A stretch of DNA of 64,000 nt from positions 248,001 to 312,000 of the forward strand of contig JBLDXI010000001.1 of the NCBI GenBank assembly GCA_047495785.1. The letters are read 5' to 3'. A model generated the notes under the pieces. It had not been told where the DNA came from and did no database searches. It was given only the letters and a program-made list of their open reading frames with translations. Position numbers and translations under genes: made by a program. Numbering within the stretch: the stretch's first letter is position 1; every line of letters starts with the position of its first letter. This DNA is from Lepidodermella squamata. Lineage: Eukaryota > Animalia > Gastrotricha. Shown here piece after piece: positions 61,952-64,000 of the stretch.

Positions 61952-63547
61952 ATGAGTCCTGGAGTTGAAAATTCAAATGCGACGTCAGATTCTGCTCGTG
62001 TTCTCGCTCAATTGAAGGACGAATTTGGAGCGTTAACGGGACCTCCCATTGATTTACCATTAGACGTCGATTGCGATCAACTACATCAAGTCTGCAAGTC
62101 TCTGATAAGTAGTGGTAAAGAGGAGGTCGAGGTACGGTTTAATAACTACTCATATTAATGAGTGTACATCCCGTTTTTATAACGCAGCGATACTCCTTCT
62201 ATGTGCAAGATTTCGAAATCACCGGTACGCTCGGAAAAACCATAGAAGCAAATCGGTTGAATATCAGCACTGAACGCGTTCTCGACATCATATATCAACC
62301 TCAAGCAACATTTCAGGTTTACCCAGTTGTGCGATGCACCAGCAGCATCGAAGGTCATACGGAAGCTGTTATCTCAGTTGCATTTAGCCCCGATTCAAGG
62401 ACTTTTGCGAGTGGCTCGGGCGATACTACAGTCAGAATTTACGACGTAGACACTGAAACTCCCAAATTTACTTGTAAAGGTCACCATAATTGGGTGCTGT
62501 GCATTTCTTGGGCGCCAAACGGCCGTAAGCTAGCCAGCGCTTGTAAATCCGGTGTAGTTCAGCTGTGGAACCCGCAGACTGGGTCACCGCTTTTACCAGG
62601 TAAAAAAGGTGGCTTGACCGGACACAAACAGTTCGTAACTTGTTTACAATGGCAACCTTTGCATCTGGATCCTCAATGCCGTCTTCTGGCCAGCTCATCG
62701 AAAGATGCGACAATACGAATATGGGACACGGTGCTGGGTCAGTGTACCCTCATTCTGTCAGGACATAGTGACAGCGTTACCTGTTTGCGTTGGTGCGGCA
62801 CGGGTATTTTGTACTCGGGCTCTCATGACCGCACAGTGCGATCCTGGGATTCAAAAACAGGATCGATGTTGCAATCATTTGGTGGTCACGGTCATTGGAT
62901 CAATTCACTTACAATGAACACGGATTATGTGCTTCGAACCGGATTTTTCGACCCAGCTAGCGCTTCAGCTTCGGGATCAGACTATTCGTCTGTCTCGGAT
63001 GAAGAATTATCAAAATTAGCCAGAACTCGCTATGACACAATGCTCACAGCTATTGGGCAAGTTCGCCTAGTTTCTGGTTCGGATGACTTCACCATGTTCA
63101 TGTGGTCACCGGATAAGAGCAACAAGCCTATTGCGAGGTTGACCGGACATCAACAGCCTATCAATCACGTTGCGTTCTCACCTGATGGGCGTATTTTGGC
63201 CAGTGCTTCTTTTGATCGATCGGTAAAGCTATGGAATGGCCGAAACGGTTCGTTGAGCTGCGCGTAATTTAAAACTCTGGACTTTTTGTTTGATTTTAGG
63301 TCAGTTTATTGCTTCCCTTCGCGGACATGTTGGACGTGTGTATCAAATCTCGTGGTCAGCTGACAGCCGCTTGCTGGTTTCAGGCTCTGCGGACTCAACT
63401 TTGAAAGTTTGGAACATCGGCCAGCGTAAACTGGCTTTTGATCTGCCGGGACATGCGGATGAAGTGTATGCAGTTGATTGGGCTTCCGATGGCCAGAGAG
63501 TCGCAAGTGGCGGTAAGGACCGCGCCTTGCGTGTTTGGCGGCGTTAG
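61952..63547 (+). CDS. NLE1: Notchless protein homolog 1 (NLE domain plus WD40 repeats); 3 exons
   Basis: IIYQPQATFQVYPVVRCTSSIEGHTEAVISVAFSPD...ASGSGDTTVR.YDVDTETP, LVSGSDDFTMFMW, and DLPGHADEVYAVDWASDG.RVASGGKD. Confidence 0.96.
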
Positions 63548-63669
63548 GTTGTTAATTTTTATGCAATTGATTTGTGCCCGAAAGAATAGCCGTATATCTG
63601 GCAACACTCGAAAAATGTCATTTGAATTCATTATTCGTTTAGATAATTTATTTTTGATGAAAATTGACA

Positions 63670-64000
63670 ATGGGATCAAGATCAAGCTGCGTATTTTGCG
63701 ATATTATCAACAAAGAACCGGAGAAAATTGTTTACACTGACGAATTATTCGTTGTCATACGAGACATCTCTCCAAAGGTCTGTCAATTTTTTCATCGTTA
63801 ATTTGTATGACGCAAATAATGATATCTAGGCCCCGAATCACCTACTAGTTCTCAGCAAGCAGCACATTCGCAATTTGAATGACGTGGGGCCAAGTTCATC
63901 TTCATACGCACCGCTGACACCGCAAGAATTTCTGGCTAAGATGAGAAGTGCTGGTGAATTAGCGCTGGAGTCTGAGATAAAGCAAAACATCGATAGAAGT
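63670..64000 (+). CDS. HINT3: Histidine triad (HIT) nucleotide-binding protein, HINT3-like; truncated by the window end
   Basis: Not in the ORF track. It reads MGSRSSCVFCDIINKEPEKIVYTDELFVVIRDISPK|APNHLLVLSKQHIRNLND, with CxFC, DI.P.A..H.LV and K.HI motifs. The HxHxH triad lies beyond the window. Confidence 0.75.

Overview
This is gene-dense eukaryotic (metazoan, invertebrate-like) DNA with very short introns, mostly 45-60 nt and GT-AG. The left half holds one giant minus-strand gene (30663 to 3741) for a type-I membrane protein with about 25-27 MAM domains, about 8 LDLa repeats, 3 PAN/apple-like modules, one TM helix and an NPLY tail. One MAM-coding exon is split by a complete 6979-bp DNA transposon of the CMC (CACTA/EnSpm-like) superfamily at 9828-16806, with a 12-bp TIR (CCCAGGAGAATT), a 2-bp AT target-site duplication and subterminal CAAGAT/ATCTTG repeats. 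The element carries two apparently intact spliced genes: a ~837-aa DDE transposase and a ~400-aa protein with a Tudor/SH3-like N-terminus and a C-terminal BEN-like domain. Its two ends also supply a GTAAGT donor and a TAAG acceptor in matching phase, so splicing could restore the host frame with a 31-aa scar; this is an inference and needs RNA data. The right half is a run of compact genes: LRRC72, CASD1, a divergent CRK, GTF3C4-like, FICD, a long Dbx homeobox gene, SAXO3-like, LMF2, an orphan TM protein, NUP50, RPL12, MRPS21, NLE1 and the start of a HINT3-like gene, plus a few small inverted-repeat or hairpin elements. All gene identities come from motif recognition by eye; no database searches were run.
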